Origin: Campylobacterales bacterium
GTDB lineage: Bacteria; Campylobacterota; Campylobacteria; Campylobacterales; UBA6016
DNA length: 64,000 nucleotides
Assembly: GCA_041915365.1 (NCBI GenBank)
Contig: JAYSBP010000004.1
Location: forward strand, 51,963-115,962
Direction: 5' to 3'
Under the pieces are notes generated by a model, which ran no database searches, was not told where the DNA came from, and was given only the letters and a program-made list of their open reading frames with translations. Below, in pieces: positions 41,163 through 50,213 of this stretch (the first letter of the stretch is position 1; every line of letters begins with the position of its first letter). The position numbers and the translations under genes were made by a program.

Positions 41163-41908
41163 AAATCGTCAACACAACAAAATTTATACTCAAATCTCTC
41201 CTTGCGGAGCGAGCAACTGGGCTTTTTGTCGTACTTGCCGCCATATTTTTGGTTTTGTCACTATCTCTTAGCGACATCAATATCGCAGTCAAATACCGCC
41301 TGCTAGAAGACGCTCTGCTGGCTTCGGAGGGATTTATTCTGCTTTTATCCGCAGTGTTTTATCCATTTTTATTGATGGAAAAAGAGAGAAAGGGCGGGCT
41401 ATTTGTCTTCACGCTTTTGGGGTACGAAAGGGGTGGGTATCTACTCTCTTTGTTTGCATCGATGCTTGTTTTGATTTTTGGGATTTTCGTGATATTTGCG
41501 GCGTTTGATTTTGCTTTTTTGTCGATTTTTGCGAGCGGCGTCGGCAAAGAGTTTTTGACAAAACTATTTTTTGGAGCGCTCTCATCCACTCTTTTATCGT
41601 TTGTCATACTCTCCCTATCAAGATACGTCTCAAATACAAACGCCGTCATATACGCTATTTTCTTGTTTTTTATAGGTAGCGGGGCGGATGAGCTAATGCT
41701 ATATGCGAGCGAAGCCGGCGGCACTCTTAAGTTAGTTTCTTATTTTGTTTATTATGTTTTGCCTAATTTTTCATTTTTCGACCCACTCTCTTTTGAAGCT
41801 CACGGCGACAAAACGGTTTTTGCGGTGTTTTATTTTGCCATTTACGGCACTGTTTTGTATCTAATCTCATACGCAAAATTCAAAAAAGAGGCGTTAAAAG
41901 TTGGCTAA
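41159..41908 (+). CDS. polytopic membrane protein, probable ABC-2-type permease partner
   Basis: 249 aa with ~6 TM helices. GTGA overlap (GTG start on the TGA stop) with the ATPase gene. Confidence 0.5.
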   Translation: MKIVNTTKFILKSLLAERATGLFVVLAAIFLVLSLSLSDINIAVKYRLLEDALLASEGFILLLSAVFYPFLLMEKERKGGLFVFTLLGYERGGYLLSLFASMLVLIFGIFVIFAAFDFAFLSIFASGVGKEFLTKLFFGALSSTLLSFVILSLSRYVSNTNAVIYAIFLFFIGSGADELMLYASEAGGTLKLVSYFVYYVLPNFSFFDPLSFEAHGDKTVFAVFYFAIYGTVLYLISYAKFKKEALKVG

Positions 41909-42563
41909 GGCCGCATTGCTCGCCCCAATACTTCTGGCGATTTTGTATTTTGCATTCAATCCAACGGCAAAAGAGCAAAAAAAAGAGAGTAGTTTTTTGT
42001 ACTCCAATCCGCAAATCTCAAAAGCGGCAATAGGCTCTTTCAGCCCTTTTGTAGCTGATATTGCATGGTTAGAGTCTACAAAGATAGGCGAGATGGGGCG
42101 TGATGGAAGCCAAAACGTGAACAAAGACGAGATGAGGGCGGCGTTTCTTACGATAGCGTCCCTAGACCCATCGTTTTATCACGCCATCAACTACGGAGTG
42201 TCGTATCTAAGTACAATAGCAAAAGACAAAAACGCCTCGTATCAAGTGATAGATAGAGCGCTAAGCCTTCGCCCTAACGAATTTCGGCTCAAGTACCTAA
42301 AAATGGTAATAGAGATAACAAGCGAAGCGCCAGATAAAGAGATGATAAAAAGCCTTGCGATGGACGTATTTGCCCATCCTGAGTTTAACGGCACGTTTGG
42401 GGTTATGAAGGTGGATGATTTTCTCGTAGACGTACTGGCTTTTGCCTCTGATGAAAAAGCAAAAAAAACGGAACTAAAAAAAGAGCTTGAATGGCTATAC
42501 AAAAATACAAAAGACAAAAATAAAAAAGAGTTGATAGCCTCTAGGCTAAAGGGACTCTCTTGA
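41901..42563 (+). CDS. hypothetical membrane-anchored protein
   Basis: 220 aa with an N-terminal hydrophobic anchor and a helical, repeat-like body. Overlaps both neighbours, so it appears to be in an operon with the ABC pair. Confidence 0.4.
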   Translation: MAKAALLAPILLAILYFAFNPTAKEQKKESSFLYSNPQISKAAIGSFSPFVADIAWLESTKIGEMGRDGSQNVNKDEMRAAFLTIASLDPSFYHAINYGVSYLSTIAKDKNASYQVIDRALSLRPNEFRLKYLKMVIEITSEAPDKEMIKSLAMDVFAHPEFNGTFGVMKVDDFLVDVLAFASDEKAKKTELKKELEWLYKNTKDKNKKELIASRLKGLS

Positions 42564-44395
42564 ATTACTACGAAATAGCCATTATCGGGCACAATCTAGC
42601 CTCTTTAACTTACGAAAGCGCAGAGGAGATAGAAGAGGGCAGGGTAGTCGCAGTCGATGTCGCAAGAAAGCAAAAAGAGGGCGTGGTAGTCAAAAAATGT
42701 GAAAAACCCAGCTTTAAGACAAGCGCCGTCAAAGAGCTAACGGATAAATACTACTCAAAAGAGCAAATGCAGTTAGCAAGATTTGTCTCCTCATATTATG
42801 TGTGCGAACTGGCTATCGGAGCGTCGCTTTTTGAGCCTTTTTGTGGGGCAAAAAATGAAAGCGAAAACTTCGAGATAGATACCGAGGTTTGCCTATCGGA
42901 TGAGCAGATGGAGGCCTATAAATTCATCTCGCAAAAAGATGTCTCTTTGCTCTTTGGCGACACGGGGAGCGGCAAAACCGAAATCTACATAAAAGCGATG
43001 GAAGATACGGTAAACAGCAGCAAAAGCGTAATATTTTTGATGCCTGAAATCAGCCTAACCCCACAGATGCTAAAAAGGCTAAAAGCAAAATTTGGCGACC
43101 TAGTAGGCGTGTGGCACTCAAAACAAACCAAGAAAAACCGTAACGCCACGCTAGAGGGGCTATATAGCGGCAAGATAAAAATAATAGCCGGCCCTCGCTC
43201 AGCACTATTTTTACCGCTTTTTGACATTGGGCTCATAGTGGTAGACGAGGAGCATGATGACTCATATAAGTCGGGACAATCGCCAAGATACAACGCAAAA
43301 GATATGGCTATCACATACGCCAAAATATGCGGGGCAAAGTGTATATTAGGCTCTGCCACACCGTCACTTTCCAGCTATAAAAACTACCCGTTTTTTAGAC
43401 TAAAAAACAGTTTTTGGGGTGGCAAAAAAGAGTTTGTATTTGCCCCAAAAGAGACCGTGATAGATGAGTTAATAGTCTCGTCACTCAAAAAAACAGTAAG
43501 ACAAAACTCTCAAGCGATAGTCTTTTTACCAACCAGAGCAAACTTCAAATATGCGGTGTGCAAAAGCTGCGGAAAAACGATAGAGTGCCCATTTTGCTCC
43601 GTCTCAATGAGCTTACATCTAGATAGCAATACGACAAAATGCCATTACTGCGGATACGGCGAAAAACTAGACCTAAAATGCAGAAGTTGCGGGCACGGCG
43701 AGCTTGGAGTTTTTCGGATGGGGACACAAGAGGCGGTTGAAAAAATAGCGGAAGCATTGCCAAATATCAGCATCAAAAAATTTGACCGTGATGAGATAAC
43801 CACGCAAAGCAAGCTTGAAGCCACGCTAAAAGAGTTTGAAAGCGGCAAAATATCTGTTCTCGTCGGAACGCAAATGCTTTCAAAAGGTCATGACTACCAC
43901 GCTGTCAGCCTAGCCGTTGTCATGGGGCTCGATAGCATACTCGCCCAAAACGACTTCAGGGCAAGAGAGAGAGCCCTTTCGTTGCTTGTCCAAATATCAG
44001 GCAGGGCAGGGCGAAAAGAGGATGCGAAAATAATAGTACAGACCCTAAACGGCGAGTTTTTTTCGGAATATATCAGGGATTATGAGCTATTTTTGAAAGA
44101 TGAGCTAGCAATGAGAGGTGAGCTATACCCGCCAAATATCAGAATGGCAAGACTGCTTTTTTCGTCAAAAAACAAGCAATCGGCAGAGGCAAGTATGCAA
44201 AAAACCGTCAAAATGCTAGAGCAAAACGGGGTAGAGATAGTCGGTTTCGGAGAGGCTGCGGTGGGGAGAATAGCCGAAAAGTATAGATTTGATATACTTG
44301 TGAGAGACCGCTCGGCAAAGAGGCTTTTGGACGCAATATACGCCGTTGACGACAAGAGCTTTGAGGTCGATATGGACCCCCTTTCATTTTCTTAA
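42560..44395 (+). CDS. priA: primosomal replication restart helicase PriA
   Basis: Walker A GDTGSGKTE, DEEHD box and Cys-rich zinc region (CKSCGKTIECPFC...CHYCG...CRSCG). 611 aa. Confidence 0.9.
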   Translation: MNYYEIAIIGHNLASLTYESAEEIEEGRVVAVDVARKQKEGVVVKKCEKPSFKTSAVKELTDKYYSKEQMQLARFVSSYYVCELAIGASLFEPFCGAKNESENFEIDTEVCLSDEQMEAYKFISQKDVSLLFGDTGSGKTEIYIKAMEDTVNSSKSVIFLMPEISLTPQMLKRLKAKFGDLVGVWHSKQTKKNRNATLEGLYSGKIKIIAGPRSALFLPLFDIGLIVVDEEHDDSYKSGQSPRYNAKDMAITYAKICGAKCILGSATPSLSSYKNYPFFRLKNSFWGGKKEFVFAPKETVIDELIVSSLKKTVRQNSQAIVFLPTRANFKYAVCKSCGKTIECPFCSVSMSLHLDSNTTKCHYCGYGEKLDLKCRSCGHGELGVFRMGTQEAVEKIAEALPNISIKKFDRDEITTQSKLEATLKEFESGKISVLVGTQMLSKGHDYHAVSLAVVMGLDSILAQNDFRARERALSLLVQISGRAGRKEDAKIIVQTLNGEFFSEYIRDYELFLKDELAMRGELYPPNIRMARLLFSSKNKQSAEASMQKTVKMLEQNGVEIVGFGEAAVGRIAEKYRFDILVRDRSAKRLLDAIYAVDDKSFEVDMDPLSFS

Positions 44396-44401
44396 AACTT
44401 A

Positions 44402-45757
44402 GTGGAGCACAATTTGAAAACATACATCGTTGACACTTCCGTTATCCTTGACGACGCCTCAAATATATTCGCCCTATCGCAAGAGGGAAGCAATAAAGTC
44501 GTCATACCAGAGACCGTCCTAGACGAAATAGATGCAAAAAAAAGCGGTCTTGGGGATATAAACTTTCAAGCCAGAGAATTTAACCGCATCATGGACGAAG
44601 CTGTAGTGCTGGGCGAATCGGACGACGTGGCAAAAGACGGACAAAGCATCAGGGTCGTATCGGTCAAGGTCGGCAACTGCACTTTTGACTTGGTATCGAA
44701 AGGCTCTTACAAAACGCTTTTAAATCACGACGCCCCAAATATCATCAACGATAGAAAAATACTAGAAATAGCCTCCCACTACGAAGATAGCGAGGTTGTA
44801 ACAAACGATATAGCCATGAAACTTCGAGCTTTGTCTATGGGGCTAAAATCTCAGCCCTTCAAGACAAATCGCATAGACGACATAGAAAAGCTGGAGTTTG
44901 TCGAGCGTATAGAGATAAAACTCGCACAAAAAGAGTTTATAGAGAGTTCAAATCCGAGCGATTATGGGCTTGAGCTGTCGCATTTTACAAATATAGAATT
45001 CGTCGTAGAAGAGACGGGAGAACATATACTGGCATTTTATAAGCCGACCGGATTTCACATCATAGACGAAGATGAAATAAGAAAACTCGTAGTAAAACCA
45101 AAGAATAAAGAACAGCTGTTTTTTCTAAATATGCTGATAGACCCTGACGTGCCGATAGTCGTATGCGCCGGCGTTACCGGAAGCGGTAAAAACCTACTTG
45201 CGATGCAAGGAGCAGTAAAAAGCTTTCAAGAGGAGACGACGGACGAGATAAAATATTGTCGTAATACGGTGACAGCGGGCGATACGGCGGCGCAACTCGG
45301 CTTTTTGAAAGGTGATGAAGCGGCAAAACTAGGAGTGTTCACATATCCACTCTACGACGCAATATCCGGATATATGAGAATAGAGATGGATGATAGGCTA
45401 AAAAGAAGCAAAGCCGCGGACTTCATAACAAATGAGGATTTTCTAAAAAAATACAACATCGAAGCCATAAATATCAACCAGATGAGAGGGGTAAACCTAG
45501 AGGGTTATCTAGTGTTTGACGAGTGGCAAAACAGTTCGCCTGCGATAAACAAGCTTATGCTAACTCGTGTCGTAGACGGTAGCAAAGTGGTAATACTAGG
45601 CGACTTGCACCAAATAGACCACCCGCATCTAACAAAATACAACAATGCGCTTGCAATAATGCTCAAAAAGGCAAAAACCTCAAATATGATAGCCGCCGTA
45701 AAACTGAGCAAAGTCGTTAGGGGCAAAATAGCGGAATTTGCGGAGAATGAACTATAA
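44402..45757 (+). CDS. PIN-domain / PhoH-like ATPase (YlaK family)
   Basis: N-terminal PIN (TYIVDTSVILDD) and C-terminal PhoH-type P-loop GVTGSGKN. The start is GTG 44402 or TTG 44414. Confidence 0.85.
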   Translation: MEHNLKTYIVDTSVILDDASNIFALSQEGSNKVVIPETVLDEIDAKKSGLGDINFQAREFNRIMDEAVVLGESDDVAKDGQSIRVVSVKVGNCTFDLVSKGSYKTLLNHDAPNIINDRKILEIASHYEDSEVVTNDIAMKLRALSMGLKSQPFKTNRIDDIEKLEFVERIEIKLAQKEFIESSNPSDYGLELSHFTNIEFVVEETGEHILAFYKPTGFHIIDEDEIRKLVVKPKNKEQLFFLNMLIDPDVPIVVCAGVTGSGKNLLAMQGAVKSFQEETTDEIKYCRNTVTAGDTAAQLGFLKGDEAAKLGVFTYPLYDAISGYMRIEMDDRLKRSKAADFITNEDFLKKYNIEAININQMRGVNLEGYLVFDEWQNSSPAINKLMLTRVVDGSKVVILGDLHQIDHPHLTKYNNALAIMLKKAKTSNMIAAVKLSKVVRGKIAEFAENEL

Positions 45758-45758
45758 A

Positions 45759-46679
45759 ATGACTTTACAAAAAAAAGCGACGTTAGTAGCCAGTGCAACT
45801 GCCTTTTTCCTAATCATCATCAAACTAACCGTCGGAATAATGACCGGAACCGTGGTAATCATCGCCTCAGCTATAGACTCCGCTCTGGATTTTTTGATTT
45901 CCCTTTTTAACTCTTATGCCGTAACAAAATCGCAAAAACCGATGGATGCGGAGTATAACTACGGAAGAGGGAAGATAGAGGGGCTGGCCTCGATGACGGA
46001 AGGGCTTGTCATTATCGCTTCAGGCATTTTTATCATCTATGCGGCCATACAAAAACTAATAGGCGGAGAGCCAACTACGCAACTTGGCCTCTCTCTTGCC
46101 GTTATGGCTGTTTCTATTGCCGCAACTAGCTCACTTGTTGTTTTCCTAAATACTGTCTACAAAAAAACCAATAGCCTTATCATAAAATCAGACGCCCTAC
46201 ATTACAAAAGCGACCTCTATACCAACCTTGGCATCATAGTCTCTTTGGTACTTATATACTTTAGCAATTGGCATTTTATAGACCCGATAGTATCGATTGC
46301 AATTGCGTTTTATATCATATACTCTGCTCTAGGGATAGTAAAAGAGGGGCTGGAGATGCTGCTAGACAAAGCCCTGGAGCACGAAACGGTAGAGAAGATA
46401 GAATCAATAATACAAAGCCATATAGACGCCAAAGAGTGCATAATATCAGGCTACCATCAACTAAAAACACGCAAAAGCGGCTCGGTAAACTTCGTAGATG
46501 TGCATCTGGTATTTAACGACAAGGTACTGCTCAGGGACTCACATGAGCTTGCCGACCATATCGAAGAGAGGATAATAGGCATTCATCCAAGTGAATCTTG
46601 GATAATCAATATCCACCAAGACCCTTATGACGACGGCAATGCCAATATTAAGGCGGCTTTGGCAGTAAATAAAAATTAA
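45759..46679 (+). CDS. cation diffusion facilitator (CDF) family transporter
   Basis: Six TM helices with CDF motifs (SAIDSALD, HYKSD) and a C-terminal cytoplasmic domain. ATG at 45759 follows GGAGAA; the ORF track starts at 45738. Confidence 0.85.
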   Translation: MTLQKKATLVASATAFFLIIIKLTVGIMTGTVVIIASAIDSALDFLISLFNSYAVTKSQKPMDAEYNYGRGKIEGLASMTEGLVIIASGIFIIYAAIQKLIGGEPTTQLGLSLAVMAVSIAATSSLVVFLNTVYKKTNSLIIKSDALHYKSDLYTNLGIIVSLVLIYFSNWHFIDPIVSIAIAFYIIYSALGIVKEGLEMLLDKALEHETVEKIESIIQSHIDAKECIISGYHQLKTRKSGSVNFVDVHLVFNDKVLLRDSHELADHIEERIIGIHPSESWIINIHQDPYDDGNANIKAALAVNKN

Positions 46680-46723
46680 GTTTAAAAAAGTTCTGTTATA
46701 ATTTTCGCCTCCCAAAACATCGT

Positions 46724-46799
46724 GGGGCATTAGCTCAGCTGGGAGAGCGCAACGCTGGCAGCGTTGAGGTCAGCGGTTCGATCCCGCTATGCTCCACCA
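46724..46799 (+). tRNA. tRNA-Ala (anticodon GGC)
   Basis: A 76-nt cloverleaf can be drawn by hand. Acceptor GGGGCAT/ATGCTCC includes the G3:U70 alanine identity pair. Anticodon loop CTGGCAG, T-arm AGCGGTTCGATCCCGCT, encoded CCA. Confidence 0.95.
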
Positions 46800-46885
46800 T
46801 ACTATCATTTAACACAATCCAAAAAAGTCTTTTAGGTTTTATAGCCAAACAGCAACAGTTGATAAATTTTGCAAATTAACCGCTT

Positions 46886-46914
46886 TTGACGATATAATTT
46901 ATGTAAGATATAAT
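46886..46914 (+). promoter_or_regulatory. sigma70-type promoter of the TA operon with flanking inverted repeat
   Basis: TTGACG-N17-TATAAT with counted spacing. ACGATAT (46889-46895) and ATATCGT (46913-46919) form an inverted repeat across the promoter, consistent with an antitoxin operator. Confidence 0.55.
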
Positions 46915-46947
46915 ATCGTATATCTAAAAATAAAAAAGGCTGTTACA

Positions 46948-47193
46948 ATGCAAGCAATGCCGGAACTAAATACAAAAAAAGCCCTATTTTCTTTGCCACC
47001 TGTAATATCAAACGAACTAGATGCGGTCGCAAAAGAGCTACACAAGCGAAAAAGCCATATCGTAGCAGAGGCCTTGGAGATGTATTTTGATAACCTTGAT
47101 TTGAAGATAGCCAAAAAACGATATGAAGATGTCAAAAGTGGCAAAGAAAAAACCATACCGCTGAGCGAAGTACTAAAAGAAAATGGGCTTTAA
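46948..47193 (+). CDS. ribbon-helix-helix (CopG/RelB-like) antitoxin
   Basis: 81 aa. N-terminal beta-strand plus two helices (KKALFSLPPVISNELDAVAKELHKRKSHIVAEALEMYF). Sits immediately upstream of the toxin gene. Confidence 0.75.
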   Translation: MQAMPELNTKKALFSLPPVISNELDAVAKELHKRKSHIVAEALEMYFDNLDLKIAKKRYEDVKSGKEKTIPLSEVLKENGL

Positions 47194-47478
47194 TTGTACA
47201 AGATAGAGTTTACCAGCAATTCAAAAAAAGAGCTTGATGCGCTTGATGGGCAAGTAAAATCTTTTGTGCTCAAAAGCCTTGCGGAGTTTGAGGCAAACTT
47301 TGACACCGAATACGAAATCAACCTCATCAAAACAGGCAAGATAAAGTCCCTCAAGGGCAACTGGAACGGATTTTATCGCCTCAAACTCCGAACTTATAGG
47401 GTTATCTACACGAAAGAAGCGGACAAGCTCATAATATTGGTAGTTAGAATATCGCACCGCAAAGATGTTTACGAGTAG
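47194..47478 (+). CDS. RelE/ParE-family type II toxin
   Basis: 94 aa. YRLKLRTYRVIYTKEADKLIILVVRISHRKDVYE matches the RelE/ParE C-terminal pattern. The TTG start follows the antitoxin stop directly. Confidence 0.8.
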   Translation: MYKIEFTSNSKKELDALDGQVKSFVLKSLAEFEANFDTEYEINLIKTGKIKSLKGNWNGFYRLKLRTYRVIYTKEADKLIILVVRISHRKDVYE

Positions 47479-47481
47479 CAG

Positions 47482-47519
47482 GCGTTGAGGTCAGCGGTTC
47501 GATCCCGCTATGCCCACCA
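47482..47519 (+). repeat. direct repeat: partial copy of the tRNA-Ala 3' end (att-like)
   Basis: GCGTTGAGGTCAGCGGTTCGATCCCGCTATGCCCACCA versus tRNA 46761-46799. Identical except for the loss of one T. Confidence 0.85.
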
Positions 47520-47544
47520 ACCTACGATAGTGCATGTTAACATG

Positions 47545-47829
47545 CTAATCACCTTTCTGAATAGGCAATATCGTGTCTATTCCATCAAAAAAATCTTTAA
47601 TATCCACATCTAAAATATAAGCTATTTGATATAAATGTTTTATATTAAAATGTTGTTTTTTCAAATATAGCTCAGACTGAGAAATTAGCCCAACAGACTT
47701 CAAATTAAGCGCCTGAGATAATTGCAGCTGAGTAACACCCTTTGATTCTCTATATCTCTTAACATTGGCGCCAATTTTTAGGTATAGCCTATCAATCTCG
47801 GATTCGGCAATATCATCTATATTCTTCAA
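47545..47829 (-). CDS. XRE-family helix-turn-helix transcriptional regulator
   Basis: 94 aa. HTH_3 pattern IGANVKRYRESKGVTQLQLSQAL. Confidence 0.75.
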   Translation of the reverse strand: MKNIDDIAESEIDRLYLKIGANVKRYRESKGVTQLQLSQALNLKSVGLISQSELYLKKQHFNIKHLYQIAYILDVDIKDFFDGIDTILPIQKGD

Positions 47830-47839
47830 AATTTCCTCA

Positions 47840-47900
47840 AATAGCTATTACTATTTAAGAATACTTTGTTAATATATTTCTATCAAATAGTAATTACTAT
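47840..47900. promoter_or_regulatory. divergent promoter region with two palindromic operator candidates
   Basis: Perfect palindromes AATAGCTATT (47840-47849) and ATAGTAATTACTAT (47887-47900). Both share the half-site ATTACTAT. The region lies between the XRE gene and the lipoprotein gene. Confidence 0.35.
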
Positions 47901-47916
47901 GTAGGAGGAGCTGTCT

Positions 47917-48306
47917 ATGAAAAATATTATCGTATTGGCGGGCTTGATATTTCTGTTTACAGGGTGTGCCGATAAAATGTCACATGATTTTTTAAGCAAA
48001 AATATCAAAAAAGGGGTTACTTCTAAAGAAGAGGTTAGGAATGTAATGGGACAACCAAACTCTACGCTATTGGATAGTCCAACAAAGGGCAAAGAAACAT
48101 GGATTTACGGTAATGTAAAAAATGAGCTCTTAAAAATGAATGCAAAATCACATATCTCATCAATGGCATCTTCTCTACCAATGGGACAGTACGCCAGCAC
48201 TGCCTTGGACTTCTTTGATAAAGATTCAGAGATTAAAACCTTATATATAATTTTTAATAAAAAGGGCATTGTTGAAACTTACAAAGCTGGCGGCTATGGT
48301 ATTTAG
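47917..48306 (+). CDS. small lipoprotein, SmpA/OmlA (BamE)-like
   Basis: Lipobox LFTGC after a signal peptide. GVTSKEEVRNVMGQPNS resembles the BamE/SmpA motif. Strong RBS AGGAGG. 129 aa. Confidence 0.6.
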   Translation: MKNIIVLAGLIFLFTGCADKMSHDFLSKNIKKGVTSKEEVRNVMGQPNSTLLDSPTKGKETWIYGNVKNELLKMNAKSHISSMASSLPMGQYASTALDFFDKDSEIKTLYIIFNKKGIVETYKAGGYGI

Positions 48307-48322
48307 AATACTAGAATAAAAT

Positions 48323-48345
48323 AAGTTGCACTTCTAGTGCGACTT
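48323..48345 (+). terminator. hairpin downstream of the lipoprotein gene
   Basis: AAGTTGCAC-TTCTA-GTGCGACTT: 9-bp stem with one G-T pair. No strong T-tract follows. Confidence 0.3.
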
Positions 48346-48407
48346 ATATCAATCAACTTTTCATCCACATTGACGATTTTGCTTTATCCAAAGGTGAAGG
48401 ATTCAAT

Positions 48408-49004
48408 ATGCAAGTCAGAGAAACATCCCAATACCAATCATATATGATGAATATCAAAGCCTCTTTGGGCGTGAGCAACGGTTCGGTAACCGATGATGAT
48501 GGTAGCCTGACGGATGAAGTAAAAGAGCAAATAAAAAACGGCGAACTATCTGCGAAGTCACTATCAAATTCATATCTACTTGAGTTTAGCATGACCATCG
48601 AAAGCTACTCTAGCAACACATTTGAGGCTCAAAACGGCATATTTGATATCAATAAAGTAAAGAGCCTAACGAAAAATTTGGAGCTTGACAAACTTGGCTA
48701 CAAAGGCAAACCCATAGGTGATTTGACACCTGATGAAGCAAAAGAACTTGTCGGCGAGGACGGGTTTTTTGGTGTCTCAAAAACATCGGATAGGCTTGCA
48801 GACTTTGTTATTGCCGGAGGCGGCGACAATGTCGATAAGTTAAAATCAGGAAGAGAGGGGATAATAAAAGGCTTCAAAGACGCGGAAGCGCTGTGGGGCG
48901 AAAAGCTCCCTGATATATCCTATGATACCCTAGACAAAGCGCTCTCAAAAATAGACCAAAAGATTGAAGAGCTGGGTGGCAAAACCCTAGACGTGCAGGC
49001 TTAG
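48408..49004 (+). CDS. hypothetical protein (198 aa)
   Basis: ORF with a GAAGGA RBS, no TM segment and no signal peptide. No catalytic motif recognised. Confidence 0.45.
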   Translation: MQVRETSQYQSYMMNIKASLGVSNGSVTDDDGSLTDEVKEQIKNGELSAKSLSNSYLLEFSMTIESYSSNTFEAQNGIFDINKVKSLTKNLELDKLGYKGKPIGDLTPDEAKELVGEDGFFGVSKTSDRLADFVIAGGGDNVDKLKSGREGIIKGFKDAEALWGEKLPDISYDTLDKALSKIDQKIEELGGKTLDVQA

Positions 49005-49822
49005 CCTAACGTCTTTATAAGCTCTTCGGCTATGTTTTTGTAGTATGCTCTATATTCTTCATCTGCGTGCGCCACAGGCGGTGTCCCCTCGTCACTAAGC
49101 TCTCTTATTTGCATAAGCAGCGGTATTTGGCCTAATAGCTTAACACCATAGTTTGCCGCCAACATTTCGCCTCCGCCCGTACCAAATATATCGTATCTAG
49201 CTTTTGTATCAGGCGTTACAAAATAACTCATATTCTCAATAATGCCGGCTATCGGCACTTTGATGTCTTGGAACATTCTGATGGCTCTACTGACATCGTC
49301 CGTGGCGACCGCTTGCGGAGTTGTTACGAGTATCCCCGCCGATATTTTCATCTCTTGAGCCGTAGTGAGCTGAATATCTCCTGTTCCTGGAGGCATATCT
49401 ATAACGAAATAATCAAGTTCCCCCCACTCCACATCTTCGATGAGTTGCACTAGAGCACTAACGGCAACGGAGCTCCTCCAGACAAGCGGCGTATCAGGGG
49501 TAGGGGTCGTGATACCGACTGACATTATCTTAACCCCATAGTTTTCGCTAGGTATTATCTTGTCATTTGAGCCCCATTTGAGCGTCTCGTGTCTGATATT
49601 TAGAAGTCGTGGAATATCTGGACCGTATATGTCCGCATCCAGTATCCCTACTTTTTTCCCTCGTTGCGCAAGCGCTACCGCTAGATTGGCGCTAACAGTG
49701 CTTTTGCCTACACCGCCCTTACCGCTTGTGACAGCTATGACGTGCTTTGCAAACTTTGCTCTGTCGTTTGGTTTTTCAAAAGTACCGTAAGTAATCGGTT
49801 TTTTAGCTGGAGACGGATTCAT
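49001..49822 (-). CDS. Mrp/ApbC/NBP35-family Fe-S cluster carrier ATPase
   Basis: Deviant Walker A VTSGKGGVGKSTVSANLA and the family layout. 273 aa. Confidence 0.9.
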   Translation of the reverse strand: MNPSPAKKPITYGTFEKPNDRAKFAKHVIAVTSGKGGVGKSTVSANLAVALAQRGKKVGILDADIYGPDIPRLLNIRHETLKWGSNDKIIPSENYGVKIMSVGITTPTPDTPLVWRSSVAVSALVQLIEDVEWGELDYFVIDMPPGTGDIQLTTAQEMKISAGILVTTPQAVATDDVSRAIRMFQDIKVPIAGIIENMSYFVTPDTKARYDIFGTGGGEMLAANYGVKLLGQIPLLMQIRELSDEGTPPVAHADEEYRAYYKNIAEELIKTLG

Positions 49823-50213
49823 TTTGTACCTCTTTGATGGCGCTCTCGATTTTTCTTATTGCCCGCTTCGCTTTGATAGTCCACTCGCTAGTGGCGTCCT
49901 CGGCCTTTGGGAAACTCTTTGCGAGCTCTTCGTATACTTCAAGTCTGCCTTCCATGAGCCTTTTGATCACCTCAAGAGCCTCTGGCAAGCGTCCGTTGTC
50001 TTTTGCTACTTTTAGTAACTCGCCGAACATTTTGTGATTATCGGAAAGTTTTATCTCAAACCCCATTTGTTCAGACATCGCTCTAAGTTCTAAATTTGAT
50101 ATATATATTCCGCTATAGTCGACGCCAAGTAGCTCGTATAAGTAGAAACCGAGAGAATTAGAAATTAAATTTTTATTATCATCAATATTAGAAATATTCA
50201 TAATAAATCTCAC
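49803..50213 (-). CDS. hypothetical protein (132-136 aa)
   Basis: ORF overlapping the mrp start by 20 nt, predicted helical. The start may be the Met at 50201. Confidence 0.45.
   Translation of the reverse strand: MRFIMNISNIDDNKNLISNSLGFYLYELLGVDYSGIYISNLELRAMSEQMGFEIKLSDNHKMFGELLKVAKDNGRLPEALEVIKRLMEGRLEVYEELAKSFPKAEDATSEWTIKAKRAIRKIESAIKEVQNESVSS

Larger units (their letters stand above)
46800..47519 (+). mobile_element. integrated islet remnant (TA cassette) bounded by tRNA-Ala and a copy of its 3' end
   Basis: The last 39 nt of the tRNA (46761-46799) recur at 47482-47519 with one 1-nt deletion. The ~680 bp between them carry only a promoter and a type II TA pair. No integrase is present. 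Confidence 0.45.
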
